Assembly: GCA_951804945.1 (NCBI GenBank)
Contig: OX638154.1
Location: 69,998,001-70,062,000, forward strand
Source of the DNA: Podarcis cretensis
Taxonomy: Eukaryota
Direction of reading: 5' to 3'
Length of the DNA stretch: 64,000 bases
In this document: positions 37,661 through 51,173 of the stretch, in pieces
Numbering within the stretch: the stretch's first letter is position 1
How the letters are laid out: the number at the start of each line of letters is the position of its first letter
The notes under the pieces: generated by a model
The model's database searches: none
Told to the model about the DNA's origin: nothing
What the model saw: the letters and a program-made list of their open reading frames with translations, nothing else
Position numbers and translations under genes: made by a program

Positions 37661-40600
37661 TATTCAGAATACTGTTGTGTTCTCCTCTGGAGAATGTGGT
37701 TCCTCTGGGTGGGATTGAGGCTGAGAGAGTGTGCTTTGCATAATGCCATGTAGAGGCACCATTCTAATGGAGGGGTTGGGTTCCTGGTCCACAGCTCAAT
37801 GTCTTTTCCAGTGTGCTATGCCAGTTCTAGACTGCTCAACGAGATGGCAGTTTCTCCGAAGCTCACATGTCTACACACACTTTATTCTACGTGGTTGAGA
37901 AGAGAGCATATTAACAAACATCCCACTTCATATGTAATAAATGGCAGAAGCATGTTCTATGGTGGAAGCTTCGGGAGTACCTTGAACTGAGGTTCATTTC
38001 CTTTAGTGGTCGCTTTTGGAGACTGCATACTGGGAGCAAGAAGGGGGATGCCACATTGTCCGATTCAGAAAGCTTTTACGCACCGCTTGGTGGAAAGTCA
38101 GGAAACAAAGTTAAACAAACCAACATGCCATTTAAAAGCCCTTGGTTTCTCTTGCTCTTACCTTGAGGTCATGGAAGCTAGCCTGCGAAGCCACACAGTC
38201 ATGATCAGGTGCTGTTTCTCTCGTGATACCCCTGTCCCTCACCCCATCTGCCTACACCTGGTAGTGGTGCTGCTGCCTCTGCCGCTGTGGGCAGTTGCTA
38301 CTTGCCTCAGCTCCGTGGCGAAATTGTAAGCCTGTGCTTTTTTAAAAAAACAAAACAAAACAAACACCTCTCCCCAACACTAGCTGTTTCCTCGTTTGGG
38401 GGCTCCTTAAATGTGCAGCTTTATAACATAGTTGTTTGTGAAGTGAAATCTTTTAATGGTCTAGAAGGGGAATGGGAGCAAACTGGATATAAAGCAAGGA
38501 GAAAAAGAGAGACTCTCTCTCTCTCTTCCACCCCTCCCATTTTAAAACATAATTATTATAAAGCCTCCTAAATGTTCTGCTCCCCTGCTGCGTAAAGTGG
38601 CATGTCTGGAAAATCGCTTTATGTCAGTGACTGGCAGCAGGCACTGGTTCTCTCCCCCCCCCCCTTTTCTCTTCCTTTTCTTTCTGCTGATGATAGGCAT
38701 AGTGGGGTTAGGTGAAGGGCTGGCTTATAGTTTTGTGTAGCTTCCTTCCACAAGTCAGATTTCCCCCTATGGATTCTCTTGCTTTGTTTTGGTGGTAATT
38801 TAAAGATCCCATGCTATTGATTCCCCCCCCCCTCCTTTTGGTAAGCTAAGTAGTGCATTCCAGCCAACATATTTCTCTTGCTAGCTCTTTCAGATATTAT
38901 TACCATTAGAGATTAAAATAGCACCACGGCCCACATGTGGGATACTGGAGAGAGAGAGCAGTAGCTTTCATGTTCGTCTGCAGAGAGGCGTTCCACTACC
39001 TTGAGATAATTAAATGGTCTGTAAAGCATTTGGGGAATAAGGCTTCACGGAAAGCACTCTAATAGTTTATTTTATTTTTTTGTTGTTGGTTTTTAATGGG
39101 ACTAATCTTTGCTCCACTGGGGCTTTGGGGCTATCGGAATGAGAGTAAGGAGTTGAGGAATTCTCTTTACAGATGTACTAATGGTGCTTTTAAAAGACAA
39201 AGAGAGGATAAAGAAGAGAGGAGGGGGATTCAGAATGAAACAGAAGATAGCATTTAACGATCGGGTGTTTACAGTCTAATTAAATATATTTAGTATCACT
39301 GTTGTCATAAAAGCTGGCTTTCTTTAAAATGTGAATTACTATATCACCATGATAAAACATTGCCTGAGGTCATGATCTTATTAGGTCCTAAACTACTTAC
39401 TCACGAGTTACTCTGTTGTTCAGGAATTGTCTCACAAATGTCAAGTGGGTAAGTGGTTTCAGGACTGCGGTTATGAACATGTGCGGTTCTGTGTGGTGCG
39501 TTTTTCTCTTGCTATAGTTACAGATTTTTCATAATTGCTTGCATGCTCATCAGATGTGTTTTATCTCCAGTTACCTCATTGTTGCCAAGGAATCTCTGTT
39601 GGTGGTATTGATGAGCTAATATATGACAGATCTTGGGTCATTATTATTTCATTTAGTGGTTGTATGTATAGACCAAGAGGGAATCTGAATATTGATTCAC
39701 TGAATGGCTAGTAACAATGATTTATGAGCTAAAAATTCAGCACAGTGAGCCAAATAGAGTAGCAAGATTACATCTTATGAGCTACCATTGATTTTGTTTC
39801 ATATTTCGCTGCACAGTGATTAGACCAGGATATCACAAATATTAGCTCTGAAGCTATGTTCTTTCTAGAAGAATCAGGATTGCAGAGTAAATTATCGATA
39901 ATGCAAATGCATGTTTATCCACATTGACTAGAGAAGCACTCCTTCTCTTCCTTAACATATTTGCTGTCACCGCTCTTAGTTACTGCCGATCTACCCTCCC
40001 GAGGTCGTCTGGACTTGAATGTGCATTCCTTAATACATTTTCCAAAGTTGACGTTCGTTGTTTCAAAATAGCTTTGCTGCCAATAGAGAGAAAAAGCACT
40101 GCAAAACCTGAATGCCTATCTACAGATGTTAGTCTGCTGAGGAAAGATGCAGGCTATATACTCTGAATACAGTGCAAGGAGCAGACAATTCTACAGCTGC
40201 CTGCAACTTATCTCCCTGTTGTGCCATCAACATTATACTCAAAATACGGTTTATTGTTCAGATATGTAACAGAAGGCAAAGTTACAGCATCTCTACACAA
40301 AGCTTTCCATATTGAATGAAAGCCCTCATAGTGTGTTATATTTTGTAAACTTTCATAGCTCTAAACTATGATTAGATTAGACCAGCGATAGGGAACCTGC
40401 GGCCTCCAGAAATTTTTTGACTTCAGCTGCCTTCCAACCCAGGCAGTTTTGCCAATGTTCATGTTTGACAGGAAGGTGTGTGTTTCTTAGGTTAAACTGA
40501 GGCCCTGTTCAAAAATGACTTATCAGTGAAACATCTCAATCAAGCACATGTCTGAAATGCACACCTCCAGTGTGGCTTCTGGTCCATCAGATGCATGCAG

Positions 40601-41151
40601 CAGAAGTCATGTGCAGGTGGGCGGAGTGGTGGGTTAGCTCTACCATCCCAGGCTGCCAATTGCATGTTTGGTTGTCCTCCTGTACCCTTTGTGGTAAACT
40701 GAGTTATTGGTTTGCCTTATCCGTTAGTCCTCCATGTCCTTATATGATGTTATTTTTAAATAAATAACGGTATAGCCCACACTTCAAATATTTCTCCCCT
40801 CATCCCGTGGTTGGCTAATACAATAAGTAATTAAAATAACATTATTAAAGAACACAAAACCTGTGGTGAAAAATAAAAGAGCAGACAGTGGCATAAACAC
40901 AATTGTAGATGGAACAAACACCCACCCCCCAATTGTGTATGTCAGGGGTGGTGGGGTCTGTTCCAGGCACCAAAAAGACAATGAAAGTGGCCCATTGACC
41001 CTTCCTGAATAAATAAATTCATAGCTGCAGCAACCCACTGTTAACTAGCTTCTCTCATGTCACACCTTATTCACCACTTGCCACAGCTTGTTTGGCAGGG
41101 GTACCATGGTGGAAAAAGCCTCTGATTGTGACTGTAGTGTAGCTTCCTAAC

Positions 41152-41196
41152 ATCATCCTCCTCCTCCTCCTCCTCCTCCTCCTCCTCATCATCATC
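41152..41196 (+). repeat. Compound (CCT)n/(CAT)n trinucleotide repeat
   Basis: Read directly. Confidence 0.9.
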
Positions 41197-41516
41197 AGTA
41201 TTATTTTTAACCCGTGGGCAGATATGTTTCCTTCCTGCTCAGCCCTCTTTTCTCTCAGATGCACCCCAACCTAGGCTGCTTCCTTTGTTTCTTACCCTAT
41301 TATGGACCTTTCCTTCTTGCACCAAGGCCTTATTTGCAGCTATCCCTTTGGTATCTCTTCTCTTCAGCGTCGGCACTATTTCCTGCTTCAGGCATCCAGT
41401 TAGAATTGATCTCGTTTTTCTTGTAACATCCAATTAGAAGCATTCTCTCAGTTCTAATTGGACACTATCAGAGAGAACACTTTTCCAAGTCTGCTGGCCA
41501 GTTGCAACCAAGCTCA

Positions 41517-41606
41517 GCCTGGATAGCTCAGTTGGTCAGAGCATGGTGCTGATAACACTCACAAGGTTGCAGGTTCTATCCCCATGTAGGATAGCTGCAT
41601 TCTATG
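41517..41606 (+). mobile_element. tRNA-Ile-derived SINE head, internally deleted
   Basis: GGATAGCTCAGTTGGTCAGAGCATGGTGCTGATAACAC..CAAGGTTGCAGGTTCTATCCCC resembles tRNA-Ile, but the B box is mutated, the acceptor stem is broken, and it ends in the ATTCTATG CR1-type tail unit. Confidence 0.75.
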
Positions 41607-43392
41607 AAAATGAAACTGGTTCTATGGAACAGTAGAGAGCCGAAGCACATAATGTGGGCAGTACTTGGGAAAGTACTATAGTTTATAATCCACTGCACAG
41701 GGGACTCGAAAGCCTGGCAGGTACACTACCAGGTTTCTGTGAGCGCACTGTTACCTGTGGCACCATGTTGGGAAACCTTTAGCGTGTCAGGCCAACATTG
41801 TAAGGAAGTGATCAAAGTAACATAATGTTTGCATAACATGATTGAAGATTTCTCTGTTGAGAAAACTGTAATTTATCATAACCCTTACTTACTTGAGTCT
41901 CTCAGCTTATCTAAAGTTTGTCAACTAGCTGAAACCGAAAGGACAGAAACAGCACACTGTTTTTCCTTAGGAAATGTGGGGGAGAGCATGGGATTTTCAG
42001 GCAGCATGGTGGCGTAATCTGTTTAACTCTAGCAGTCACTTCCGTCCCACAGGACCTGGGAGGAGTATGACAAGGGCTCTGTGATTCATTTTAGCCACTA
42101 AAAGGGTTTATGTAAGAAATAGGCTAACTAGTAACCATTTTTGGGTCAGATATGGACACAAGGTTACTGGTTGTCTACCACTGTGTTAAGAACAGTCTCA
42201 ACCCCCCCCAACCCCCCCACCATGGATGGCTTCAGAATTTATAATAGCTGTTTCTGTCCTGGAGGAAAACAGAGTGTGTTGTATCTGTCACACTTCCATA
42301 GTCATTGACAGAGGGCTTTGGAGAGCATCAGCGCTGGGGCAGAACAGAGGAGATGTCTAGTTGAATGGTGTGTATGTAGATCTTATGGAAGTTAAATAGT
42401 TTATTTGTAGGTTATGATAGAAATAGGGGTTGTTTTTTAAAGAAGAAGAAAAAGCAGCTCATGCAGACCAAAAAATGCTTTAGGATGCAATGGTGTTATA
42501 AATCCATGGTGTTATTCTTTCTGTCCAATATGAGGTGTTGTGTTTCAAGTTTTAGTTTCATTTATCGTTTAAAAGAAGGGAGAGGAAAAGAGCATACCAA
42601 ATTTAAGTAAGTGTTTCGTGCATGGCTCAGGTAGCCCCTAACATTCAGAATAGTGTGGGGAGGATTCAATTGCAGCGAGGTTGGCACCGGGCCCATTTGA
42701 AATACTGTTGCAACGCGCAAGCCCTGGAAGTCAAGGCTTTATTTAACCCAATTATTCAAGATGGTTAAACAAACAATGAAGTATGTATAACCCACAAAGC
42801 TGATTTGTTGCCAAGTCACAAGACTTGGTTTTATTTTGTCAGGTGGATGTTGGGCCCTGGGCTGATGACGCTATTTAGATTGGGATGTCAGCTGTGAGTA
42901 GCATGTGTGAACCTCCTTTTTATTTGAAACTCATTCTCTTCCCCGCCCCCCTCCTGTTTTTCTCATGCCAAGGAAAGAAAGGTCATAATGCATATCAAGT
43001 ATGTTACGCTCCTCACAGTGAACTATATGAAGCTTCACGTAACACACACATCCATTCCAGAGCTACAGGCATGTCTGGTCACAGACCCATGATGTTTGCC
43101 TACTTCTGCTTCAAACAAATGTTCTGACTTGCATGAAGAAAAACAACACACACATAACTACACCTGGATGGCAAATGAAGTTAACCAAGCGAATGCAGCA
43201 ATCTTGTTAAAAATAGATTGCTTGAAATCCTTATCAGCACTGACAGTAAATGAAAGAGCTGATTTCTCTTCCTAAAGTTTTGGAATGACCAGTTTTTCAG
43301 CTTATGGTTTGATCTTCCCTTTTTTTAGGTAAGGTGAATTGATTATTATAATGAGCTTAAAAAAAATATACAGTACAAAGTGCTTTGCTATA

Positions 43393-43634
43393 CAGTGGTA
43401 CCTCTGGTTAAGAACTTAATTCATTCCAGAGGTCCGTTCTTAACCTGAAACTGTTCTTAACCTGAAGCACCACTTTAGCTAATGGGGCCTCCTGCTGCCG
43501 CCACGCCACTGGAGCACGATTTCTGTTCTCATCCTGAAGCAAAGTTCTTAACCTGAGGTAATATTTCTGGGTTAGCGGAGTCTGTAACCTGAAGCGTATG
43601 TAACCTGAAGTGTATGTAACCCGAGGTACCACTG
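43393..43634. mobile_element. Non-autonomous Tc1/mariner-superfamily (Tigger/pogo-like) MITE
   Basis: Perfect 12-bp TIR CAGTGGTACCTC / GAGGTACCACTG, TA TSD (43391-92, 43635-36), repeated internal TAACCTGA motif. Confidence 0.9.
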
Positions 43635-44215
43635 TAGTAGTTGTTGATGCCTGCAAAGCAACCCTGCAGGGTGGGTCTTATCCCCAGTGGAAAGGGATTG
43701 AAACCGGTCGATTTTGTGGAAGCCGATGTGTCTCTTGTTTCAGTGGGACCACTTTCCATGGACCAGTATAGACCGGTAGATTTTCTGTTCCACGAGAAGT
43801 TGGAGAAGCTATTGAACTCTCCACACCTTCTGCTTCTTGTCTTTCAAATTGCAACATGGTCTGTCTTTGGCACATGCATACTTTATAGCTCTTCATTATT
43901 TTCTTGTTTGTTTGTTTTGTTTTTTGATGTTCATAAAAATCTAGCCTATGTAAAGATTGAAAATGAGACCGATTTGTTTTGCAGTTTTCGCACGGGCCAA
44001 GAGTGTTTAATGAAAGGAATGGTAAACAGCTTCAGATTGTGCCTCTGGTGTCCACAGAGTGATCAACATATTTAACATGCTCAGCATGACTCTAAGATAT
44101 TACAGCTGATAATAGTTGTAATTGACTTGCAGACTCCTCTCTCTCCCCCCCTCTCTCCCCCACCCCCAGAACAGGGGGAGTCATCAAGAGGGCAAGCTGT
44201 TAGCTCACAGGAAGC

Positions 44216-44217
<2 letters not shown>

Positions 44218-44258
<41 letters not shown>
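44218..44258 (+). repeat. (TG)n microsatellite
   Basis: Read directly. Confidence 0.95.
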
Positions 44259-44262
<4 letters not shown>

Positions 44263-46957
44263 ATACACAGACACACACACTCCCACACCCTCTTTTTTAA
44301 AATCTACCTTTCTTATTAGCACTAGCAAACGTTTACTTTGTTGGCTTAGTGAATGATAAATCCCCAGAGTATCGAAACATCATCCTGCATTAACAAGAAG
44401 GGGTAGAACTAGCCTGTCTGAAAAGCAGAAATGCACAAAGCATATAACTGGTGGGAAATGAAGGAGGCTTAGCTCTACCGGAATGATGATGGGCAATAAA
44501 AATAGTTTCCTTTTCTATCTCCCTCCCTCCCCTCCCTTTCTGCTCACCGCCCCCCAAATCCCATTTATTTTCCTGGCGAATGATTGAGGTAGACCACTGT
44601 GCCGCTGTGGATGGAAAGGATAAATTGCAAAGCTGAAATGGTTTTTGTAGAGTGTTTTGCTTGTCACGCAGGTAGATTCTCCTTTGTGAGTAAACTCCGT
44701 TGTAGTGATTAACACAGGATCCAGTCCGGTGGGACTTGAGCTTTGTGATCTTTCGTTTGGCTTAGATTCAGGGTACATGTATATTTATCCCATACTGTTT
44801 CAGGCTTCGCTAAAGCATTGATGTATCACTTCAGAGCACGCAGCAGCTGAGTGTATAAAAATGACTTTCTTAGTGTAACACTGGGTCACCTTGGTCAGGT
44901 CTCCTACTCGCTGTGCTATTCCCTTTCCTGATACTGCATTCCTTCTGTTTGACTCAGATGGTAATGTTTTCTGTTAGAAATCCAAAATTGAAGGCGTTAA
45001 TTAATGGAAACTGTGGAGTACAGACCTAGAGATAAGACGCCCTCCTTCATCCAGGGTGGTCTTGAACACTGCAGTGTTTTTAATGGAACAACAGTCTCTT
45101 TGTAGCTGCTTTGGCTATTTATTTTGTCCTTATGGAAGAAGAAAGTTACATACTGATTATTTAGCATCTAAAAGAGTCTCAATACTTCAGACTACTTGGA
45201 TGCGATACATGTCATGTCAGTCTGTACCACTTCAAAATGTAAGTGGAAGAATGCATATGTCAAGAATATCAAGAACTCCAATATCAAGAACTCCCTACAT
45301 GTGAAAGCTGGCTGGCATATCAGGGAGAATTTTTAGTCAAACCCTTTTCCTGACGCTAAATTTCCACAGCAGATATTTTCTGATGCAGGGAATGTCGTCA
45401 TGTGCAATTTAAGAGTGCCTTACTATGTGCTTTGTATGAACCTGTGGATTAACCCCTGTGTTTTGACCATATTCAGAAACAAGGGTGGATGAAGCATAGT
45501 GAATATGTTAAATCTTACCCAACTTTTCATAATACATTCTTATTGATGATTGCATAGCCATTTGAGTATAGAATCAGTAAATGGTAGTTGTTCAGATTAA
45601 CTAATGTGAAGGATGGTGATCTTATCAGTGGCTGTGTTTACACATCACAGCAAACCATAGTTAATGGTTTTCCATGAATGCATCTTTCTGGGTTACTTTT
45701 CTTCTCTCTGCTAGTGTACAGAGGAAATAAACCATGATCAGTGGCTGGAACCAAGGATTTTGTTTTGTTTTGCTCCCAACAAATCACAGTGAGTAACCCA
45801 ATCTTGGCTATGGATTGTACTGTGTTGGGAGTGAAACAAGCATGATCCCTGGATGGGACCAGGATTCATGGTTTATTTCTTCCCATGGCTACTGGGGAAG
45901 AGCATAGCGGCCACAACCGGTTTGTGCATGGTAGTGCAAGATTTATGCTACTGTGCTGGATGGACACAGAATATGCTTATGATATAAAGTCAGGTTTCCC
46001 TGTTGATTCAGTTGGATTGTCAGGATGCAAAAGAGATATGAAAATGGCATCATCAAGATTTTGAGATGTGTTTGGTGGGTGCCATCTTGCTTTGCTGAGA
46101 TTAGGTTTTAATTGTCTTTCCAAATTCCCTAGACATAATGTGTAACGGGCGGCTTTTTTTCCTTCCCTAGTAAACAGAAAACCTTTAAAGTGTTGTAAAT
46201 CAGGGCATTGAAGGTCAAAGAATTAGCTTCTCTTGTGCTACCTATTGTCTAGAAAAGACTGAAAGTTGGTTGCTCCTGTACCTAACTAATCTTTTTGTCT
46301 TTAAGTAACACATGCACAAAAAAGCTCCTTAAACACCCTTTTTGCTGTCCAAGGCAGGATGTTTCTGAAGGAGACCATGCTATTTCCCAGATAGAAGGAT
46401 TTAATTTCTAGGGAAGTTTTCCAGGCATCTTTGGTTGCACTCTGAAATCCAATCTGCCTTTTGACTCTAGAGACTGTCTCCCTTCCCCACTATCATGACG
46501 GACTAGTGGTTTTTATTTTATTTTTTAAAAAAACACATTAAGAAAAGGTCTGAAGAGAAATGAGCTATTTGCACAGAAAAGCCACTTACTATGAACTGCA
46601 TTTGCTGTTTGCTAAGAGGTAACCTAATATGGCTTTTCCTGCTGGCGTTTGTCTGTTTTGGGTTGTGTTGTTGTTTGTTGAGTTACTCTGCCTCCTTATC
46701 TACAGCAATTATTGGGTCTGAAAGACAGGGCTGTCAGCAGCATCTTCAAACACAAGTGTGCTCTGGCTCCAGGTTGGTACCTCATCCTCACCACTATCAC
46801 ATGTCAAGGAGTTTTGTGCTACGGTGCTGAAGATGCACTATTTTGTTTGTTTATCCTATTAATTAAGAAGGGGGCGAAGTGTTGTTTGTGATGTACTAGA
46901 TGATTATTTGTGGGGAAATCAGGAACCAAGCTGTACATTAATATTTGCTGTTGAGAG

Positions 46958-46959
<2 letters not shown>

Positions 46960-46997
<38 letters not shown>
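46960..46997 (+). repeat. (GT)n microsatellite
   Basis: Read directly. Confidence 0.95.
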
Positions 46998-47002
<5 letters not shown>

Positions 47003-48433
47003 GATTCAAGTAATCAAATAAATAATACAAAGATCTACACTACTAATTTTACCCTAAATGTTTTGATTTTGATACAGATGCTTATATACTAATTTATTTG
47101 GTGCTAACACAAGGGACGGATAATCCGATAAAGCCCCAACTGCTGACTTACAGGTTTGCCTTTCCATACAGTAGGCAGGAATCAAGATATTCTTTGCTGC
47201 CAGCTTCCACATACTGAATACTTTCTTTGACACAGACATATTGGCTTGCTCTGTCCGTCAGCCGACAGCTGTTGCTGCTGCACCTACTTCTGTATTGTCC
47301 CAGACACATCCTCAAGCTACTTTCAAGTCATGCCAAACACCTAAATGGAATCTATGGTCAGGGAGAAGCCTGTTGTTTTCTCTGTATCGTCAGCTGTTGC
47401 CCTCACCTCTCCCAAGTAAAGTGGTATTGAAACTCCTCTTGTGTTCCAAGTCATTCCTTCCTTTCTGCCTTCCTACAAACTGCAACCCACCGAGGTGACA
47501 TTTGACAGAGCACACAGGCCTGTCACTGTACAACACGAAGACCCTCTTTTCCTCTACCCCTCCTTCATATTGATGTGTGCAGCTAAGTAGTCCGTCTAAG
47601 CATTATGTTCAGGAAATCAAAAAAACCCATTAAAATCAAATCTCAGCAAATCTAAAAATCCTCTGAATGGTTTGGGAGTAATCAAAAGACTGGCTTAATT
47701 TCCCTTGCAGTCATTAATGTGCCTCAGCCATGCGCTCAAATTATTCTAATGGCTAGGTCAATTCGCACTGTACTGTCTGCGAAGTGTGTGAAATGTTTTC
47801 GGCAATTACTCTTCTGGGTTGCGATGGATAAAGAGTTAATCTGACTTTTCTCTCTCCTTCCGTGTTTGTGCACCTGTGCCAGAGCCCAGGTCAGTCCACC
47901 ATTCTTAACTGAATGGCTTGACTGGTTTACCTAACTGGGGAATAAACTCCCCTTTCCTCTCCCCCGCCCCCCATCTCACCAAAAGGAAGGGAAAGTATTC
48001 TTTCAGCTATACATGGCAGACCATTTCTTTGCAGCCTCTATAGATTTTTCAGCATAGAAAGCTCTCCCCGCTCTGGGTAAAAGACTCTGCGATGTAACAT
48101 GACTATTCCTTTGTGTCAGCTTCAGGAAACTCCTGCTGCAGCTGATGTGCCGCCACTAGATTAACTGGTGACGGATCTATTTTTTCCTTCTAGGTGCTTG
48201 GGCTTCTGCCAGGGAGAGAACTATGCTTTGTTTGTCTGCACTGAACTTCTTCCCCTTTGCCACTGAAAATGCCTTAGTGGCTGCCCTGTACTGAAACATC
48301 CTTTGTGTCATGATATGAATCGTTTTGGCCTTGTGCTAGTTCAGAACTTGTTGGCGGCATTTGCATGTTACAGGGAAGGAAGAACTCCCAAGTCCAGCAT
48401 AGCAATTGCCTGTGTGATGAGCAGAGGGTCAGT

Positions 48434-48492
48434 ATAGAATCATAGAATTGGAAGGGATTCCGAGGGTCATCTAGTCCAACACCCTGCAGTGT
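48434..48492 (-). mobile_element. CR1-type tail of a tRNA-derived SINE (5'-truncated)
   Basis: ATAGAATCATAGAATTGGAAGGG...GGTCATCTAGTCCAAC-CCCTGCA, shared with 56912 and 59917. Confidence 0.7.
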
Positions 48493-48499
48493 AGTCACA

Positions 48500-48660
48500 G
48501 GAACATTGGAAGCTGCTTTCTATAAGCCACCAGGCCATCTAGCTCGGTATTGTCTGCAGTGACAGTGTAGTGGCTCTCCAGGACAGGGTTCTGTATCAGC
48601 CCTACCCAGAGAGGCCAGCAACTGAATCTACAATGCAGATGCTGAGCTACAGCCCTTCCC
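48500..48660 (-). mobile_element. Old tRNA-derived SINE (Squam3-like), degenerate
   Basis: Ends CTGAGCTACAGCCCTTCCC (reverse A box). Body similar to 14323-14510. Confidence 0.6.
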
Positions 48661-50992
48661 CTCTGCTGCCAGACCAGAACCCTGATTTTTTTTTGGGGGG
48701 GGGGGTACCTGTTACTATAAAAATCCTGGTTTGATCTACTACATCTCCTTGGACTGAACAGGTGACATGACTGGCTTCTGGTCTAGCCTCAGCAGATGGG
48801 AGCTTTCTCTGGAAGCAACCCTCTCTTCCAGTGGTGGTCCATTTCAGGGCTAGACAGGGTAGGTTGATGGTGAAAATTCATAATAACTTGTAGATTTAAC
48901 TTGTAGGGTGTTATAGATCAGAGTCGAGCATCCGCCGGCAGGGATTTGAGAGAGGAGACTCTTTGTCTCCTCCTTTATTACAGCCTTGTTCAAAATGATA
49001 GAGTTGCACACACATGATCAGCTCTCTCATTCCCCCCCCTTTTAAACCCCAAATTTATTGATACATGAAGAATAATGAATATGCTTCAATACTAAACAAT
49101 AAATAAATCAGAATCGTAGATTCTGTGTGCCTAGCGTGCACACATGCAACAATCAGGCATTAAAAGTGCAAGAGAAACACACCGTTTCCCACCAATAAAG
49201 TGAAGGATGGGTTAAGTGCAGGAGATGTTATGATTGACAATGGAACGATCACTATTAAGCAGCTGATGACCGCAATCCTAAGCATACTTAAATCACAGCA
49301 AAATGTACTTCTGAATAACGTGGTTAGGAATGGAATGGGTTGTGGATTTCTTTTTCTTTCTTCTTCTTTTTGATAAATAGGTCCCCCCCCCCTTGGAATA
49401 GTCCATAGGTCCCTTGCACTGGGATAGTCCAAAAAAAGAGGGGGGAGCTTTATTGTCCTTTATATGCATCTGCCCAGATATTCTGTCTTCATGGCATTCT
49501 CCCCTTTCCTTTGAAAATCTTGAAACAAGAGTTAGCAATTGCCAAAGTGGCCATGTTGGTTCATGGTTGCAAGGTGTTGATACCCATACTATCATTGCCT
49601 TGAGTCCAGGGAACCACAATCACTGGAAGTATAGTAGTCTTAATTTCTATTGATAGAACTGTTGCCTGTGGCTGACTTGGGGACACCAGCAGCAGCAGCA
49701 TGGTGGATTTGGCAGAAGAATTATTTTTATTTCCCTCCTGTGGCTGCTTGCAGGGTTCTTTTTTTAAGAGAAACTCTGGAGCTCACATTGCTAGTTTGAC
49801 TCTGCTGTTCTTTGGCATGGCAGTGAGGAAAACAAGGGCCACCAGAGCTGTTTTGTCTGCGGACTACTTTGCAGACTTAGTTGTTTGCATTTGGGAGGTT
49901 GCTTTTGTAGGCTTAGCAGTAGATGTTTTGAAAGGGAGATTAAAGTTCCGAAAGATGTCTAGTGCTCTGCCTCCCTCTGTGCTGTAGAAAGCTGTTTGCT
50001 TCTCAGTGAAGGGAAAACAAATGGAAGCACATCAGTTTCACCCTTTTCTAGCATGGCTCACTTGGACAAAAACCTTCTGCACTAATGTGTGTGCAGTGCA
50101 CTCCTGTTGTAGGAAAGAAGAATCTCATTTTGTTCAGGGGTTCCTTGGTTAATTTCTAGGGTTTGAGGCTCAAACCGGCATGAAAGTCCTTCACTCTAAT
50201 CCCAAATGTTAATGTGTTTGTCTTACAATTAATTGGCTATAGAGAATGGGATATTCTGCACATTCTCAGGGATGCTCTTTTCAGGCTTACCTGCCAGTAA
50301 TATGCTGGCGTGGCCTGACTGCTATTAAGCCCCGAGGCTTAAAAGCAGCAGCTTGCCTTAATGCTGCCAATGGCAAACGGTTTCCATCAAGACTTTGATG
50401 GATTGTTTTTGGCTCCCAGAAACCATGTCTCTGCAGAAGACATATTTTGGATTTGGCACCGCTGCTGGTCATAGGGGGGCAGGAGCTGCTTCAGCAAAAA
50501 TGAGTATTTTGATTGTATCGTTTCTGCCGCTTCTGCTTTTTGTCTGAGGGGGCGCAGAGCCATACATAATACAAAGGGTGGCACTAGTGATGCAAGTGGA
50601 AGGCAGGGAAACTGTGAAGGAGAGACCTCCTGCTTAGTTTCTTTTGGCAGCTGCCCGACTTCCTTGTACGAGTGTTTGGGGTTTTTCTTTTCCCCTCGCC
50701 TCGCAATGTTTTAACTTGAGACTTCATGGAAATCCACTTCCCTGGCTTCACCACTTCTCACAAGAACGTGCCAGCATCATTAACAGTTCCTGCCTCAGTT
50801 GGAAGATGATCATTAAAACAACTTTTTTTTTTTTAACTTGATGGTGGCCAGTTGTTGGTTCTTCCTGCAACCCCTGCCCGTTTTCTTATCAACAAGAGTC
50901 TGATCTCTATGTATCGTTTCGAAAACGTTTTAGTGACGCAAACATGAGTTGATTTTTATTTATTTTTTTTCCATTTCCGTTTCTTTCCCCAG

Positions 50993-51173
50993 TTATGAAG
51001 ATCAATGATGTAGACCACCCACTCGAATGACGCTGGACATTTATAACTGGAATCTTTAAGGAATAAAAAGAAGAAATACGTCGAGAAAGGGGGGTCAATA
51101 ATGGTGGCTTCTGATTGCAGAATGAAAAGGTTTTGGCTACTTCTGATAGTCAGCTTCCTCCAGTGTACAGAAG
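50993..51173 (+). other. ADGRL2: ADGRL2 exon containing the start codon (108 nt 5'UTR + 73 nt CDS)
   Basis: Long polypyrimidine tract ending TTTCTTTCCCCAG| (acceptor 50991-92) and donor AAG|GTAAGA (51174). The UTR (ATGAAGATCAATGATG...CATTTATAACT...TAAGGAATA) resembles the mammalian ADGRL2 exon as recalled. Confidence 0.9.
51101..51173 (+). CDS. ADGRL2: Adhesion G protein-coupled receptor L2 (latrophilin-2), first coding exon: signal peptide MVASDCRMKRFWLLLIVSFLQCTE(G), phase-1 intron follows
   Basis: Strong Kozak context (ATAATGG). Translation aligns without gaps to the recalled human ADGRL2 N-terminus [25 protein letters not shown]. Basic n-region, hydrophobic h-region, T-E-G cleavage motif. 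The next coding exon (FSRAALPF...) was not seen in the window. Confidence 0.9.

Noticed and set aside
41517-41592. Functional tRNA-Ile gene
   Set aside because: Insertion near the anticodon/variable region, mutated T-loop (GGTTCTATC), broken acceptor stem and a SINE-type tail.
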